A DNA stretch of 64,000 nucleotides from Candidatus Moraniibacteriota bacterium (lineage in GTDB: Bacteria; Patescibacteriota; Minisyncoccia; Moranbacterales; UBA1568): contig JAGOBM010000005.1 of NCBI GenBank assembly GCA_017983435.1, forward strand, positions 28,469-92,468, written 5' to 3'. Numbering within the stretch: the stretch's first letter is position 1; each line of letters begins with the position of its first letter. The notes below the pieces were generated by a model, which worked only from the letters and a program-made list of their open reading frames with translations, ran no database searches and was not told the DNA's origin. The position numbers were made by a program, and so were the translations under genes. Below, piece by piece: positions 1 to 9,057 of the stretch.

Positions 1-1
1 G

Positions 2-289
2 CTCGCCTATGGCAAGAATGTCTATAAGGCGATCGACGAGGGCTTCCGCCGCGCCTGGCCGAGCATCCGCGATGGCAACTATTCGACCCTTATCACGACA
101 TTCATCCTGATCGGTATGGGGACCGGTTTCGTGAAGGGCTTCGCGATCATCCTGACCATCGGTGTGCTCCTCTCGATGTTTACGGCGGTCGTACTGGTAC
201 GCGTGACGCTCCGCTTCCTGATCGGACAGTGGGCTGAGAAGCGTCCATGGATACTCCTGCCGCCGGGTAAGATTTACGAAAACGACTAA
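2..289 (+). CDS. secD: Protein translocase subunit SecD, C-terminal part (5' truncated by window edge)
   Basis: In-frame translation ...IRDGNYSTLITTFILIGMGTGFVKGFAIILTIGVLLSMFTAVVLVRV... matches the SecD C-terminal TM region; stop TAA at 287-289; secF follows 4 nt later. Confidence 0.8.
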   Translation, partial: LAYGKNVYKAIDEGFRRAWPSIRDGNYSTLITTFILIGMGTGFVKGFAIILTIGVLLSMFTAVVLVRVTLRFLIGQWAEKRPWILLPPGKIYEND

Positions 290-293
290 CCGT

Positions 294-1196
294 ATGATGA
301 AGATCATCCAGAAAAGAAAATACGCTTACGTCTTTTCGGTTGCGATAACAGCGCTCTCGATGGTCGCGCTCGCGGTCTGGGGACTCAAGTTCGGTATCGA
401 CTTCAAGGGCGGTACGCTCATGGAGGTGCAGTTCACGGTCGAGCCGGCTCCGGAATCCAAGCAGGTACTCGAAGCGCTCGAACCAATCGGTCTGCAGAGT
501 CTGACTGTGCAGCCGACCGACAACAACGCTATCCTGCTCCGCTACCTCTCTTCCGATGAGAATGCCAATGACCAGGTAATCGAGAAACTCAAAGGCATCG
601 ACCAGGACGTGAAGCAGCTCCAGACGAATTTCATCGGCGGCTCTGTGTCGGGCCAGATGAAGAAGAATGCCATCATGGGCGTCATCCTGGCATCGGTCGG
701 CATCGCGCTCTATATCGCCTGGGCTTTCCGTCGGGTTGCCTATCCGGTCACGTCGTGGGAATACGGTATCGGAGCAATCATCGCGCTCGGCCATGATATC
801 CTCGTGACGATCGGCGCTTTCGCGGTACTCGGGCATTTCTACGGCATCGAAGTCGGCGTTCCGTTCATCGCGGCGCTCCTGACGATTCTCGGCTATTCGG
901 TCAATGACACGATCGTCGTGTATGACCGGGTCCGCGAGAATCTCCTCCGAGAGCATGGCAAAGTGGACTTCGAGGAGACGGTCAATCGTTCGCTCAATCA
1001 GACGCTCGGCCGTTCGGTCAATACGTCGATGACAGTTATTATCACGCTTATCGCTATCACGTTGTTTGGTGGTGAGAGCATCCGCTACTTCTCGCTCGCG
1101 ATCCTGATCGGTGTCGGATTCGGTACCTACTCATCGATCTATGTCGCCTCAGCGCTCCTGGTTACACGGTACAAGATGAAGTTTCGTAAGCAATAA
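294..1196 (+). CDS. secF: Protein translocase subunit SecF
   Basis: 300 aa; N-terminal TM then FGIDFKGGT periplasmic domain and C-terminal RND-like TM bundle typical of SecF; immediately follows secD. Confidence 0.9.
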   Translation: MMKIIQKRKYAYVFSVAITALSMVALAVWGLKFGIDFKGGTLMEVQFTVEPAPESKQVLEALEPIGLQSLTVQPTDNNAILLRYLSSDENANDQVIEKLKGIDQDVKQLQTNFIGGSVSGQMKKNAIMGVILASVGIALYIAWAFRRVAYPVTSWEYGIGAIIALGHDILVTIGAFAVLGHFYGIEVGVPFIAALLTILGYSVNDTIVVYDRVRENLLREHGKVDFEETVNRSLNQTLGRSVNTSMTVIITLIAITLFGGESIRYFSLAILIGVGFGTYSSIYVASALLVTRYKMKFRKQ

Positions 1197-1288
1197 ACAT
1201 AAAACAATTAACAATAAACAGAAAGAGTGCGTTCGATGGTTAGACGAATTCTTGTTTGCTGTTAATTGTTATTCGTTAACTGAAATAT

Positions 1289-1585
1289 ATGTTGGGAAAT
1301 TTGTTCAAGAAGAAAAAGGATCAGAAAGAAGAAGGGGTATCTGGTGCTGCTCCGGTCGGTATGCCGAAGCCCGAGAATATGAACATGGTCCAGCGCTTCG
1401 CCTACAAGCGCATCATGGCGATGAATCCGCAGGAGCGCCAGAAGCTCATGCAGAAGATGCTCAAGCCGGAAAACGTCCAGAAGCACAAGGCTGAGATTCT
1501 CGAGCAGCTCGAGGCGATGCGTAAAGGAGGTCAGATGAGCGATGACCAGATCCGTCTCGCCAAAGCCCGTCTCGGATTGAAATAG
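1289..1585 (+). CDS. Small K/E-rich hypothetical protein (98 aa)
   Basis: ORF with coding-like composition between secF and tyrS; no recognisable domain; an imperfect 18-bp inverted repeat overlaps its promoter region. Confidence 0.5.
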   Translation: MLGNLFKKKKDQKEEGVSGAAPVGMPKPENMNMVQRFAYKRIMAMNPQERQKLMQKMLKPENVQKHKAEILEQLEAMRKGGQMSDDQIRLAKARLGLK

Positions 1586-1608
1586 ATTTCTTTCGAATAC
1601 AAAAAAGT

Positions 1609-2808
1609 ATGGATGAGCGAGCATTGAAGATAGAGGAGCTCTTGACCCGCGGGGTCGCCGAAGCGATCGACCGCGAGCATATCAAGGAGCGGCTCATGCG
1701 GGGCGATGAGCTGCGCGTCAAGCTCGGTATCGATCCGACCAGTCCGAATCTCCATCTCGGTCGGGCCGTCTCGCTGCTCAAGCTGCGCGATCTGGAGGAG
1801 CTCGGCTGCAAGATCATCCTGATCGTCGGAGACTTCACCGGGCAGATTGGCGATACGAGCGACAAAGAGAGCGAGCGTCCGATGCTTGGTCGTGATCTGA
1901 TCCGCGAGAACATGCAGAGCTACACCGCGCAGATCGGTAAGCTCGTTGATATTTCCAAGGCGGAGATCCATTACAATTCTACCTGGCTTGAAACGCTCGG
2001 TTTCGACGATATCGGCGAAGAAGCGGATCATTTTTCTGTCGCTGAATTCATCGCTCGAGAGAATATCAAGAAGCGGCTCGATGAAGGGAAACGCGTCTCG
2101 CTCCGCGAGATGCTCTATCCGCTCATGCAGGGCTATGACAGCGTCGCGGTCAATGCTGATATCGAGCTCGGCGGCACCGATCAGCGCTTCAACCTCTTGG
2201 CGGGGCGACGGTTGCAGGAAGCGCATGGCCAGCCGGCGCAGGATGTCATCATGACCAATCTCATCCTCGGGACCGATGGCCGCAAGATGAGCTCGAGCTG
2301 GGGCAATACGATCAATCTGCTCGATACGCCGAATGACATGCTCGGCAAGATCATGAGCATGCCGGACGAGCTGATCATCCCATATTTCATCCACTGCACG
2401 CGGGTAGCGCTCGCCGAGGTCGAAGTGATCGAAGCGAAGCTCGGGACCGAGATGAACCCGCGCGATGCCAAGCTACGGCTCGCCAAAGAAATCGTCGCGC
2501 TCTATCATGGTCCGGAAGAGGCCGAGAAAGCGGAAACGTATTTCGTCCAGGCATTCTCCAAGAAAGAGATCCCGGATGATATTCCAGTAACACGTGTTGA
2601 TCTTGTAGCGCCGGAGACGATGGTTGATGTCATTGTTCGTATGGGTTTTGCAACAAGCAAGAGTGATGCTTGGAGAAAGATAGAACAAGGAGGGGTGTCG
2701 ATTGATGGACAAAAGATTTCAGAAGGGAATATCTCCTTTGAGAAGAGTCTGCATGATGGAAAAGTCATGAAGGTCGGTAAGAAAGATTTCGTGAAAATCG
2801 TGTTTTAG
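1609..2808 (+). CDS. tyrS: Tyrosyl-tRNA synthetase
   Basis: Class I aaRS: HIGH-like PNLHLG, GGTDQ tyrosine-binding motif, KMSSS (KMSKS variant as in archaeal/eukaryotic-type TyrRS), C-terminal S4-like RNA-binding domain. Confidence 0.85.
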   Translation: MDERALKIEELLTRGVAEAIDREHIKERLMRGDELRVKLGIDPTSPNLHLGRAVSLLKLRDLEELGCKIILIVGDFTGQIGDTSDKESERPMLGRDLIRENMQSYTAQIGKLVDISKAEIHYNSTWLETLGFDDIGEEADHFSVAEFIARENIKKRLDEGKRVSLREMLYPLMQGYDSVAVNADIELGGTDQRFNLLAGRRLQEAHGQPAQDVIMTNLILGTDGRKMSSSWGNTINLLDTPNDMLGKIMSMPDELIIPYFIHCTRVALAEVEVIEAKLGTEMNPRDAKLRLAKEIVALYHGPEEAEKAETYFVQAFSKKEIPDDIPVTRVDLVAPETMVDVIVRMGFATSKSDAWRKIEQGGVSIDGQKISEGNISFEKSLHDGKVMKVGKKDFVKIVF

Positions 2809-2815
2809 TGATAGA

Positions 2816-3877
2816 TTGGAACAAGACATGACCACTATGCCGAAAGCCAAGATAGAGACAATCGTCGCCGCAGGGAAGCAAGCGCTTGAGGCCGTCGCCG
2901 ATGCGGCTGGTTTGGCTGTGTGGGAAACCGCCTATCTCGGCCGCAAGAGCGAGCTCAATGACGTGCTCAAAGGGCTCAAGGATCTCTCTCCCGAAGAGAA
3001 GCGTACCGTCGGTCCGGCAGCTCATGAGGCCAAGCAGGCGCTCATGGCGAGCTATACCGCGGCCGCTCTGCGCATCGAGCGCGAGAGTATCGATTGGGAG
3101 CGCGAGTGGATCGACGTCACGGCTCCGGGCGAGCGTCAACCGGCCGGCCATCTCCATCCGATTACGATTCTCGAGCATGAGATCGCCGATATCTTCGCTT
3201 CGCTCGGATTCACCGTCGAGGATGGTCCGGAGCTCGATACCGAGCACAACAACTTCGATTCGCTCAATTTTCCCAAAGATCATCCGGCACGCGATATGCA
3301 GGATACGTTTTGGGTGAAGTCTGAGAAGCGCTGGCAGCATACCTATATTCCGCGCACGCATACGTCGACGGTCCAGGTCCGCTATATGCAGGAGCACAAG
3401 CCGCCGGTGCGCATCATCGTGCCGGGACGCATCTTCCGCAACGAGGCGACCGATGCTTCGCATGAGCATACCTTCCATCAGTTCGAGTGCCTCATGGTCG
3501 ACGAGCCGGGCAAGGTGACCGTCGCGACCTTCAAGTATGTCGCCGAGACCTTCTTCAGCCGCTTCTTCGGCAAGAAAGTCGATATCCGCCTCCGGCCGAG
3601 CTTCTTCCCATTCACCGAGCCATCATTTGAATTCGATATTTCCTGCATCATCTGCGAGGCCAAGGGCTGCTCGGTCTGCAAGGGGACCGGCTGGCTCGAG
3701 ATCGGCGGCGCCGGTATGGTGAATCAGAAGGTCTTCGAAGCGGTCGGCTACAAGCGCGGTGCGTATCAGGGTTTCGCCTGGGGCTTCGGGCTGACACGGC
3801 TCGCCATGATGAAATACAAGATCGCGGATATCCGGCTCCTCATGAGCGGCGATCTCAGATTCTTGAAACAATTTTAA
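2816..3877 (+). CDS. pheS: Phenylalanyl-tRNA synthetase alpha subunit
   Basis: Class II aaRS core with FPKDHPARDMQDTFW and GFGLTRLAMMKY motifs characteristic of PheS. Confidence 0.95.
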   Translation: MEQDMTTMPKAKIETIVAAGKQALEAVADAAGLAVWETAYLGRKSELNDVLKGLKDLSPEEKRTVGPAAHEAKQALMASYTAAALRIERESIDWEREWIDVTAPGERQPAGHLHPITILEHEIADIFASLGFTVEDGPELDTEHNNFDSLNFPKDHPARDMQDTFWVKSEKRWQHTYIPRTHTSTVQVRYMQEHKPPVRIIVPGRIFRNEATDASHEHTFHQFECLMVDEPGKVTVATFKYVAETFFSRFFGKKVDIRLRPSFFPFTEPSFEFDISCIICEAKGCSVCKGTGWLEIGGAGMVNQKVFEAVGYKRGAYQGFAWGFGLTRLAMMKYKIADIRLLMSGDLRFLKQF

Positions 3878-3956
3878 GGGCAGATTTGTTAGTTTATAGT
3901 TTATTAGTTTTGTTAGAAAGAAGACTATAAGCTATAGACTCCATACACTATAGACT

Positions 3957-6326
3957 ATGAAATACAGTTATCATTGGCTCAAAGAACTTTCAGGGACCAA
4001 GAAGCCGGCCGAGCGGGTGGCTGATTTGCTCATGCGGCATGCTTTCGAAGTTGAGGGAGTGGAGAGTTATCCCCACGGACTCGATGGTGTGCTGACGGGA
4101 CGGGTGCTCTCAGTGGTCCCGCATCCGAACGCGGATCGTCTGCGGGTCGCGCAGGTCGAGCTCGGAAAGAATGACGTCCGACAGATCGTCTGCGGCGCAC
4201 CCAATCTCGCTGAGGGACAGAAAGTCGTCGTCGTGCTGCCGGGAGCGAGTCTGCCAGGCGGTATCGAGATCCGGGCGGCGGAGATCCGCGGTGTCCAGTC
4301 GAACGGCATGATCTGCTCCGAGAAGGAGCTCGGGATCGGCGACGGACATACCGGTATCCTCGTGCTGCCGGATGAGGCTCCGATCGGATCAGAATTCGCC
4401 AAGCTCGTCGGATTGTCCGATACTATACTCGATGTGAAGATACTGGCCGACCGTGGATCTGATGCGCTGTCGTACGAAGGGTTGGCGAGGGAAATCGCCG
4501 CGCTCGACGGTCATGCTCCGCAGTTTGCTGAGACCAAGGCTAAGCCGTTCAAGATTCCTTCCTACAATCGGGCACCCAAAGTGCAGATCGCGGATAAGAA
4601 AGCTTGCCGCCGGTATGTCGGACTGCTCTTCAAGGATGTCGAGGTCGGGGAGTCGCCGCTCTGGCTCAAGACGAAGCTTCTGGTCTCCGGTCTCCGCCCG
4701 ATCAACAACATCGTCGATATCACGAACTATCTCATGCTCCGTACGGGCCAGCCGCTGCATGCCTTCGATGCGGACACGCTCTCGGGCGGCGTGCATATCC
4801 GCATGGCCAAGAAAGGTGAGAAGCTCGAACTCCTGACCGGAGAGAAGAAATCTCTGTCGACGGATGATCTAGTCATCGCTGATGCCAAGCATCCGCTCGC
4901 GCTCGCCGGCATCATGGGCGGCAAACACTCGGGAGTGACCGCTGAGACCAAGGATATCTTTTTGGAAATCGCGAATTTCGACGGCGCCACGCTCCGCCGG
5001 ACACGGATCCGTCATGGACTCGCGACCGATGCCAGCTATCGTTTTGAACGCAATCTCGATCCGAATCTGCCGATAGAGGTGGCCCGCGAAGCCGCTGAGC
5101 TCATCCGCGAACTTGCGGGGGGCAAGTTGGCCGGGGCGCGCGACGAATATCCGGAGAAGCGCAAAGAGTGGAAGATTGAGCTCGCGCTCTCCCGCGTCGA
5201 AGGGGTGCTCGGGGTCAAAGTCCCTATCTTCGAAGTCGTACAGTATCTGGCGCTCCAGGGGCTCACCGTCCGCAAGCAGAATGGCAAGGATGCACTCCTG
5301 GTGACGATCCCGACCCGTCGGCCGGACCTCCGGGATGAGTGGGATCTGATCGAAGAGATCGGTCGTATGCGCGGCTATGACAAAGTGTCTCCGGTAGCGC
5401 CCCTGCTTCCTCTCGTGGCTGTGCCCGGGAATCCCGTGAAGCATTTCGAGCGGAATACCAAAGAGCGGCTCGCACATGCCGGTTTCACGGAGATCATGAC
5501 GTATTCTTTCTATGGGGTCCGTGATATCGAGGCTTTCGGACTCGAGGAGGCCGGGCACGTCGAGCTGGCCAATCCGCTCAATCCTGATCAGACGCATCTG
5601 CGGAGGAGCCTGGTACCGAGCCTCTTGCGCAAGGTGAAAGAGAATCTCCGACATACGGATACCTTCCGGATTTTCGAATGGGAGAGCGTCTTCGAGAAGT
5701 GGAAGAAACTCGAGGTCCGGGAAGCGAAGATGCTCGTGATCGCCTCGGTGTCCCGTGATGGTGGAGTCAGGGAATTCGCTCGGCTCAAAGGGTCGATCGA
5801 GAATCTGCTCGAGAGCCTCCATATCGGAGGAGCGGAATTCGTGCCGCATGCAGCTCCGGAATCGGGCGATGAGTGGCACCGCGTGCAGAGCGCTGATATC
5901 CTGGTCGGCGGCCGGAAGCTCGGCACTATCGGGACGCTCATGCCGTTTATCATGAAGAACTTCGGGATCGCTTCCGGTATGGCAGTCGCGGTACTCGATA
6001 CGGAAGCGCTTCGATCCTCGGTTGAGACTGAGACCGTGTTCCGCCCGCTGCCGCGTTTTCCATTTGCCGTGCGTGATATCTCGCTCGTATTCGAGAAGAA
6101 AGTCGAGAGCGGATCGGTGGTGAGACGCATGCTGGATGCCGGAGCCCCGCTCCTCCGTTCGGCAGAGCTTTTCGATATCTTCGAGAAAGAGGGGAGTCGC
6201 AGCCTGGCTTTCCATCTCTCTTTCGGGGCTGACGAGCGGACACTGACGAGTGATGAGATGGATGCTGCCTTCGAGCGTATCGTCTCGGAAGTCGAGCATG
6301 AGCTCGGAGGCCGGCTCAATCGGTAG
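3957..6326 (+). CDS. pheT: Phenylalanyl-tRNA synthetase beta subunit
   Basis: 789 aa; N-terminus MKYSYHWLKEL typical of PheT; tRNA-binding, B3/B4 and B5 regions; adjacent to pheS. Confidence 0.95.
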   Translation: MKYSYHWLKELSGTKKPAERVADLLMRHAFEVEGVESYPHGLDGVLTGRVLSVVPHPNADRLRVAQVELGKNDVRQIVCGAPNLAEGQKVVVVLPGASLPGGIEIRAAEIRGVQSNGMICSEKELGIGDGHTGILVLPDEAPIGSEFAKLVGLSDTILDVKILADRGSDALSYEGLAREIAALDGHAPQFAETKAKPFKIPSYNRAPKVQIADKKACRRYVGLLFKDVEVGESPLWLKTKLLVSGLRPINNIVDITNYLMLRTGQPLHAFDADTLSGGVHIRMAKKGEKLELLTGEKKSLSTDDLVIADAKHPLALAGIMGGKHSGVTAETKDIFLEIANFDGATLRRTRIRHGLATDASYRFERNLDPNLPIEVAREAAELIRELAGGKLAGARDEYPEKRKEWKIELALSRVEGVLGVKVPIFEVVQYLALQGLTVRKQNGKDALLVTIPTRRPDLRDEWDLIEEIGRMRGYDKVSPVAPLLPLVAVPGNPVKHFERNTKERLAHAGFTEIMTYSFYGVRDIEAFGLEEAGHVELANPLNPDQTHLRRSLVPSLLRKVKENLRHTDTFRIFEWESVFEKWKKLEVREAKMLVIASVSRDGGVREFARLKGSIENLLESLHIGGAEFVPHAAPESGDEWHRVQSADILVGGRKLGTIGTLMPFIMKNFGIASGMAVAVLDTEALRSSVETETVFRPLPRFPFAVRDISLVFEKKVESGSVVRRMLDAGAPLLRSAELFDIFEKEGSRSLAFHLSFGADERTLTSDEMDAAFERIVSEVEHELGGRLNR

Positions 6327-6389
6327 ATTTTCAGGGCAAAGAGTCGATATTTATGATAGAATGAGGCTTGTACAGTGAGTCTCTTTTTG

Positions 6390-6418
6390 TTGACTTTTAT
6401 ACAAAAAAGGTGTATAAT
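6390..6418 (+). promoter_or_regulatory. Sigma-70-type promoter for rnpB (TTGACT - 17 nt - TGTATAAT)
   Basis: Near-consensus -35/-10 with 17-nt spacer and TG extension, about 20 nt upstream of the RNase P RNA P1 helix. Confidence 0.7.
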
Positions 6419-6433
6419 ATGAAGTTCGTGGTT

Positions 6434-6819
6434 CTTTTCTAAGACAGGTTGGATTGCCGCGCTTTGGAGCCTTTTTTGGCTTCTTTGTGAGGAAAGTCCG
6501 GACACTCCCCATCGCTTGCGATGGAAGGGTAATGGGTAACTCCCATACGCCGCGAGGCGCGAGGTGCGAACAGAAACGGCCGATTCCGAAAGGGATCGGA
6601 TATCCGGGTGCAAATCCGGATAAGCCTCTCTGGTAACAGGGAGGGTGAAACGGCTAAATCCTTACCTGAGTGCAAGGTCGAGCTCCCGTTCATATTGCAG
6701 CTGCGATTGAGTGGGAGAGAACCGCACGGATCTGGCTGGCAACAGTCAGGCAAGAGAAATGGCAATCGTCCCGCTTCGGCGGGATACAGAATCCGGCTTA
6801 TAGGCCTGTCTTAGAAAAG
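6434..6819 (+). ncRNA. rnpB: RNase P RNA (bacterial type A)
   Basis: Contains universally conserved GAGGAAAGTCCGGAC (P4), GGGTGAAACGG, and ACAGAATCCGGCTTATAGG (P4 3' strand, cf. E. coli ACAGAACCCGGCUUAUCGG); 15-bp P1 helix cttttctaagacagg / cctgtcttagaaaag closes the molecule; about 386 nt. Confidence 0.9.
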
Positions 6820-6855
6820 CATCATCGAAACGAATCCTTGATCATCTCTGTCCGT

Positions 6856-8280
6856 ATGAAACGATCAGAAATATTCTTCAGCGCTCTGCAGCTCCCGGTG
6901 GATCTCCTCATGATCTCGCTCGCGGCGCTGAGCGCGTACTATGTCCGCAATATTCCGCAGATCCTCGCGCTTCGGCCGAAGCTCTACGATATCACGCTCT
7001 CCGGTTTCATGGAGGTGATTTTTTTCGTGGCGCCGATATTCGTCCTCATCTTCGCGCTCGAAGGACTCTACCAGATGCGGACCACGCGTCGCTTCTGGCA
7101 GGAAGCCTACCGGGTCTTCAAAGCGACCTCGCTCGTGCTTGTCATCGTCATCGTGGTGATCTTCCTCAAGCGCGAATGGTTCTCGTCCCGCTTCATCATC
7201 CTCGCGGGCTGGGGATTCACCGTCCTCTATATCACGCTCGGCCGCTATCTCATCGCCCGTGTCCAGCGCTATCACCTCCTCAAGAAGGGGACGGGTGTCC
7301 ACCGCGTGCTCCTCATCGGAACCAACGGCAAGATGCAGGCGATGAATCAGTACCTGACAGCGCATCGTGAGCTCGGCTACAAGATCGTCGCGCAGGTCTC
7401 CGGTGTCTCGCTCCATGAGATCAAAGCGATCCGGGCCGAACGGGGTATCGACGAGGTCATCGTCTGCGATCCGACCCTGACCGATGATGAACATGAGAAA
7501 CTCCTCGATTACTGTCAGATCAACAATATCGGCTATCGTTTCATCCCGACGACGCTCCAGGCGTCTCGTATCTCCATGCAGGTCGGCATCCTGAACGGCG
7601 AACCGATCATCGAGTACCAGCACACGCCGCTCGACGGCTGGGGCAAGGTCATGAAACGGGCCTTCGATCTCTTTGCCGGATCTATCCTGACCCTCATTGC
7701 GCTGCCGATCATGGGTATCATCGCGCTCCTCATCCGCATCGAAGACGGTACCGGACCGATCATCTACAAGAATGAGCGTGTCGGTCAGGACGGCAAGAAA
7801 TTCTATGTGTACAAGTTCCGGTATATGCTCTGGAAGCATTGTATCGCCAAGGAGAACCCGCATCTCGAGGCGGCGCTGGCTTTTGAGAAGCAGTTGATCG
7901 CCGAGCGCAATACGCGCGAAGGCGGCGTGCTGTACAAGATTAAGGATGACCCACGCAAGATGAAGGTCGGAGCCTTTATCGAACGTTATTCGCTCGATGA
8001 GCTGCCGCAGTTCTTCAATGTCCTCCGTGGAGAGATGAGTCTCGTGGGCCCGCGCCCGCATCAGCAGCGCGAGGTCGACAAATACAGCGAATACCATCGC
8101 CGGCTCCTCACCATCAAACCGGGCATCACCGGTATGGCACAGGTCTCCGGACGCTCTGATCTGCCGTTCGAAGACGAGTACCGCCTCGATGTCTACTATA
8201 TCGAGAACTGGTCGCTCTGGCTCGATATCATCCTCTGCCTCAAGACCTTCACCGCGCTCATCCGTCGTCGGAAAAATTAA
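6856..8280 (+). CDS. Undecaprenyl-phosphate sugar phosphotransferase (WbaP/WcaJ-like initiating glycosyltransferase)
   Basis: N-terminal multi-TM region, central linker, C-terminal bacterial sugar-transferase domain (KFRYM..., DELPQFFNVLRGEMSLVGPRP). Start moved from ORF-track 6670 to ATG 6856 because 6670-6819 is rnpB. Confidence 0.85.
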   Translation: MKRSEIFFSALQLPVDLLMISLAALSAYYVRNIPQILALRPKLYDITLSGFMEVIFFVAPIFVLIFALEGLYQMRTTRRFWQEAYRVFKATSLVLVIVIVVIFLKREWFSSRFIILAGWGFTVLYITLGRYLIARVQRYHLLKKGTGVHRVLLIGTNGKMQAMNQYLTAHRELGYKIVAQVSGVSLHEIKAIRAERGIDEVIVCDPTLTDDEHEKLLDYCQINNIGYRFIPTTLQASRISMQVGILNGEPIIEYQHTPLDGWGKVMKRAFDLFAGSILTLIALPIMGIIALLIRIEDGTGPIIYKNERVGQDGKKFYVYKFRYMLWKHCIAKENPHLEAALAFEKQLIAERNTREGGVLYKIKDDPRKMKVGAFIERYSLDELPQFFNVLRGEMSLVGPRPHQQREVDKYSEYHRRLLTIKPGITGMAQVSGRSDLPFEDEYRLDVYYIENWSLWLDIILCLKTFTALIRRRKN

Positions 8281-8298
8281 TCGATTAATCGAAAAAAT

Positions 8299-8640
8299 AT
8301 GGTTCTCCTCAAATGGGTTGTCTCGGCGCTCGCATTTCTCGCTCTGCCGTATATCGTGCCGGGTATCAGCGTCAAAGGGTTCAGCACGGCGTTGCTCCTC
8401 GCTTTTCTCTGGGGTCTGATCGGTATTACGGTCAAGCCGATACTGGTCATCCTCACCTTGCCGATCAATCTTTTGACCTTCGGTATCTTCACCTTTGTCA
8501 TCAATGGATTCCTCCTCTGGATGCTCGGCGGATTCATCAAGGGATTCGATGTGAAGACGTTTACCGCCGCGCTGCTCGGAGCGGTCGTCCTCTCGATCAT
8601 CCACACGCTCTCACACTGGGCCCTCAACCGGGCGGATTAA
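8299..8640 (+). CDS. DUF360 / phage-holin-4-like small membrane protein
   Basis: 113 aa, four predicted TM helices, sequence pattern typical of the YvlD/DUF360 (holin family IV) membrane protein family. Confidence 0.6.
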   Translation: MVLLKWVVSALAFLALPYIVPGISVKGFSTALLLAFLWGLIGITVKPILVILTLPINLLTFGIFTFVINGFLLWMLGGFIKGFDVKTFTAALLGAVVLSIIHTLSHWALNRAD

Positions 8641-8684
8641 TTTTAGCGGTCCGACCGCTAAAAAACTTCGAAGAATATACGGGA

Positions 8685-8716
8685 AATCCCAGTCTGACAG
8701 ACTGGGATTTTTATTA
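8685..8716 (+). terminator. Intrinsic terminator (aaatcccagtctgacagactgggattttta)
   Basis: 12-bp perfect stem followed by T-run, downstream of the DUF360 gene. Confidence 0.65.
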
Positions 8717-8841
8717 TCAAAAAAGCATAAGAAAATCCTGGGTCACGGGAAAGATTTTTTCGATGCACTACGCTTCCGAGCGTACAGCAAGAAAAAAATT
8801 TCTCGTGGCCTGGGATTTTTCCGAATATTTCTCCTGAGGAT

Positions 8842-8996
8842 ACGAAAGCAGATTTTTTCTGTGCCAATTGAAATCTCTTTCCAAGGGGGAAACAATCTTT
8901 TCCTCGCTATCGCCTCGGAAGTCTCGGGCAGCAGAAAAAATTGTTTCCCCCTTGGAAAGAGACCCTATTCGATGGCGCAGAAAAAAATCTACTTTC
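8842..8996 (+). repeat. Hairpin element copy A (conserved core cctcgctatcgcctcggaagtctcgggcagcag; internal 23-bp perfect inverted repeat 8874-8896 / 8940-8962; outer stem cgaaagcagatttttt / aaaaaatctactttcg)
   Basis: Direct sequence comparison with copy B at 48075-48161: the core and the outer stem base are shared, the stem extensions are unrelated but perfectly paired in both. Confidence 0.8.
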
Positions 8997-9001
8997 GCAT
9001 C

Positions 9002-9030
9002 TTGCTCCCTCACTCAAAACAGTGTAAACT
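9002..9030 (+). promoter_or_regulatory. Putative promoter (TTGCTC - 17 nt - TGTAAACT) for the 9058 gene
   Basis: -35-like and extended -10-like hexamers with 17-nt spacing, starting 6 nt after hairpin element A. Confidence 0.4.
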
Positions 9031-9057
9031 AAAAGCAAACAATAACTCAAACCTCCT

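Noticed and set aside
4869-6299. 476-aa minus-strand ORF
   Set aside because: Antisense to pheT, which has unambiguous homology; R/E/P-rich low-complexity translation
6670-6855. ORF-track N-terminal extension of the sugar transferase (start 6670)
   Set aside because: 6434-6819 is RNase P RNA with all conserved motifs; the real CDS starts at ATG 6856 (MKRSEIFF...)
6865-8604. 579-aa minus-strand ORF rich in D/E/R
   Set aside because: Antisense to the WbaP-like gene; composition (R/D/E/H-rich, no hydrophobic core) is typical of a spurious open frame in high-GC DNA
8641-8665. Hairpin tagcgg-tccga-ccgcta right after the DUF360 gene stop, considered as terminator
   Set aside because: T-run precedes and A-run follows the stem on the plus strand, and the reverse holds on the minus strand, so it does not have terminator geometry for either direction; the real terminator is the next hairpin at 8685-8716
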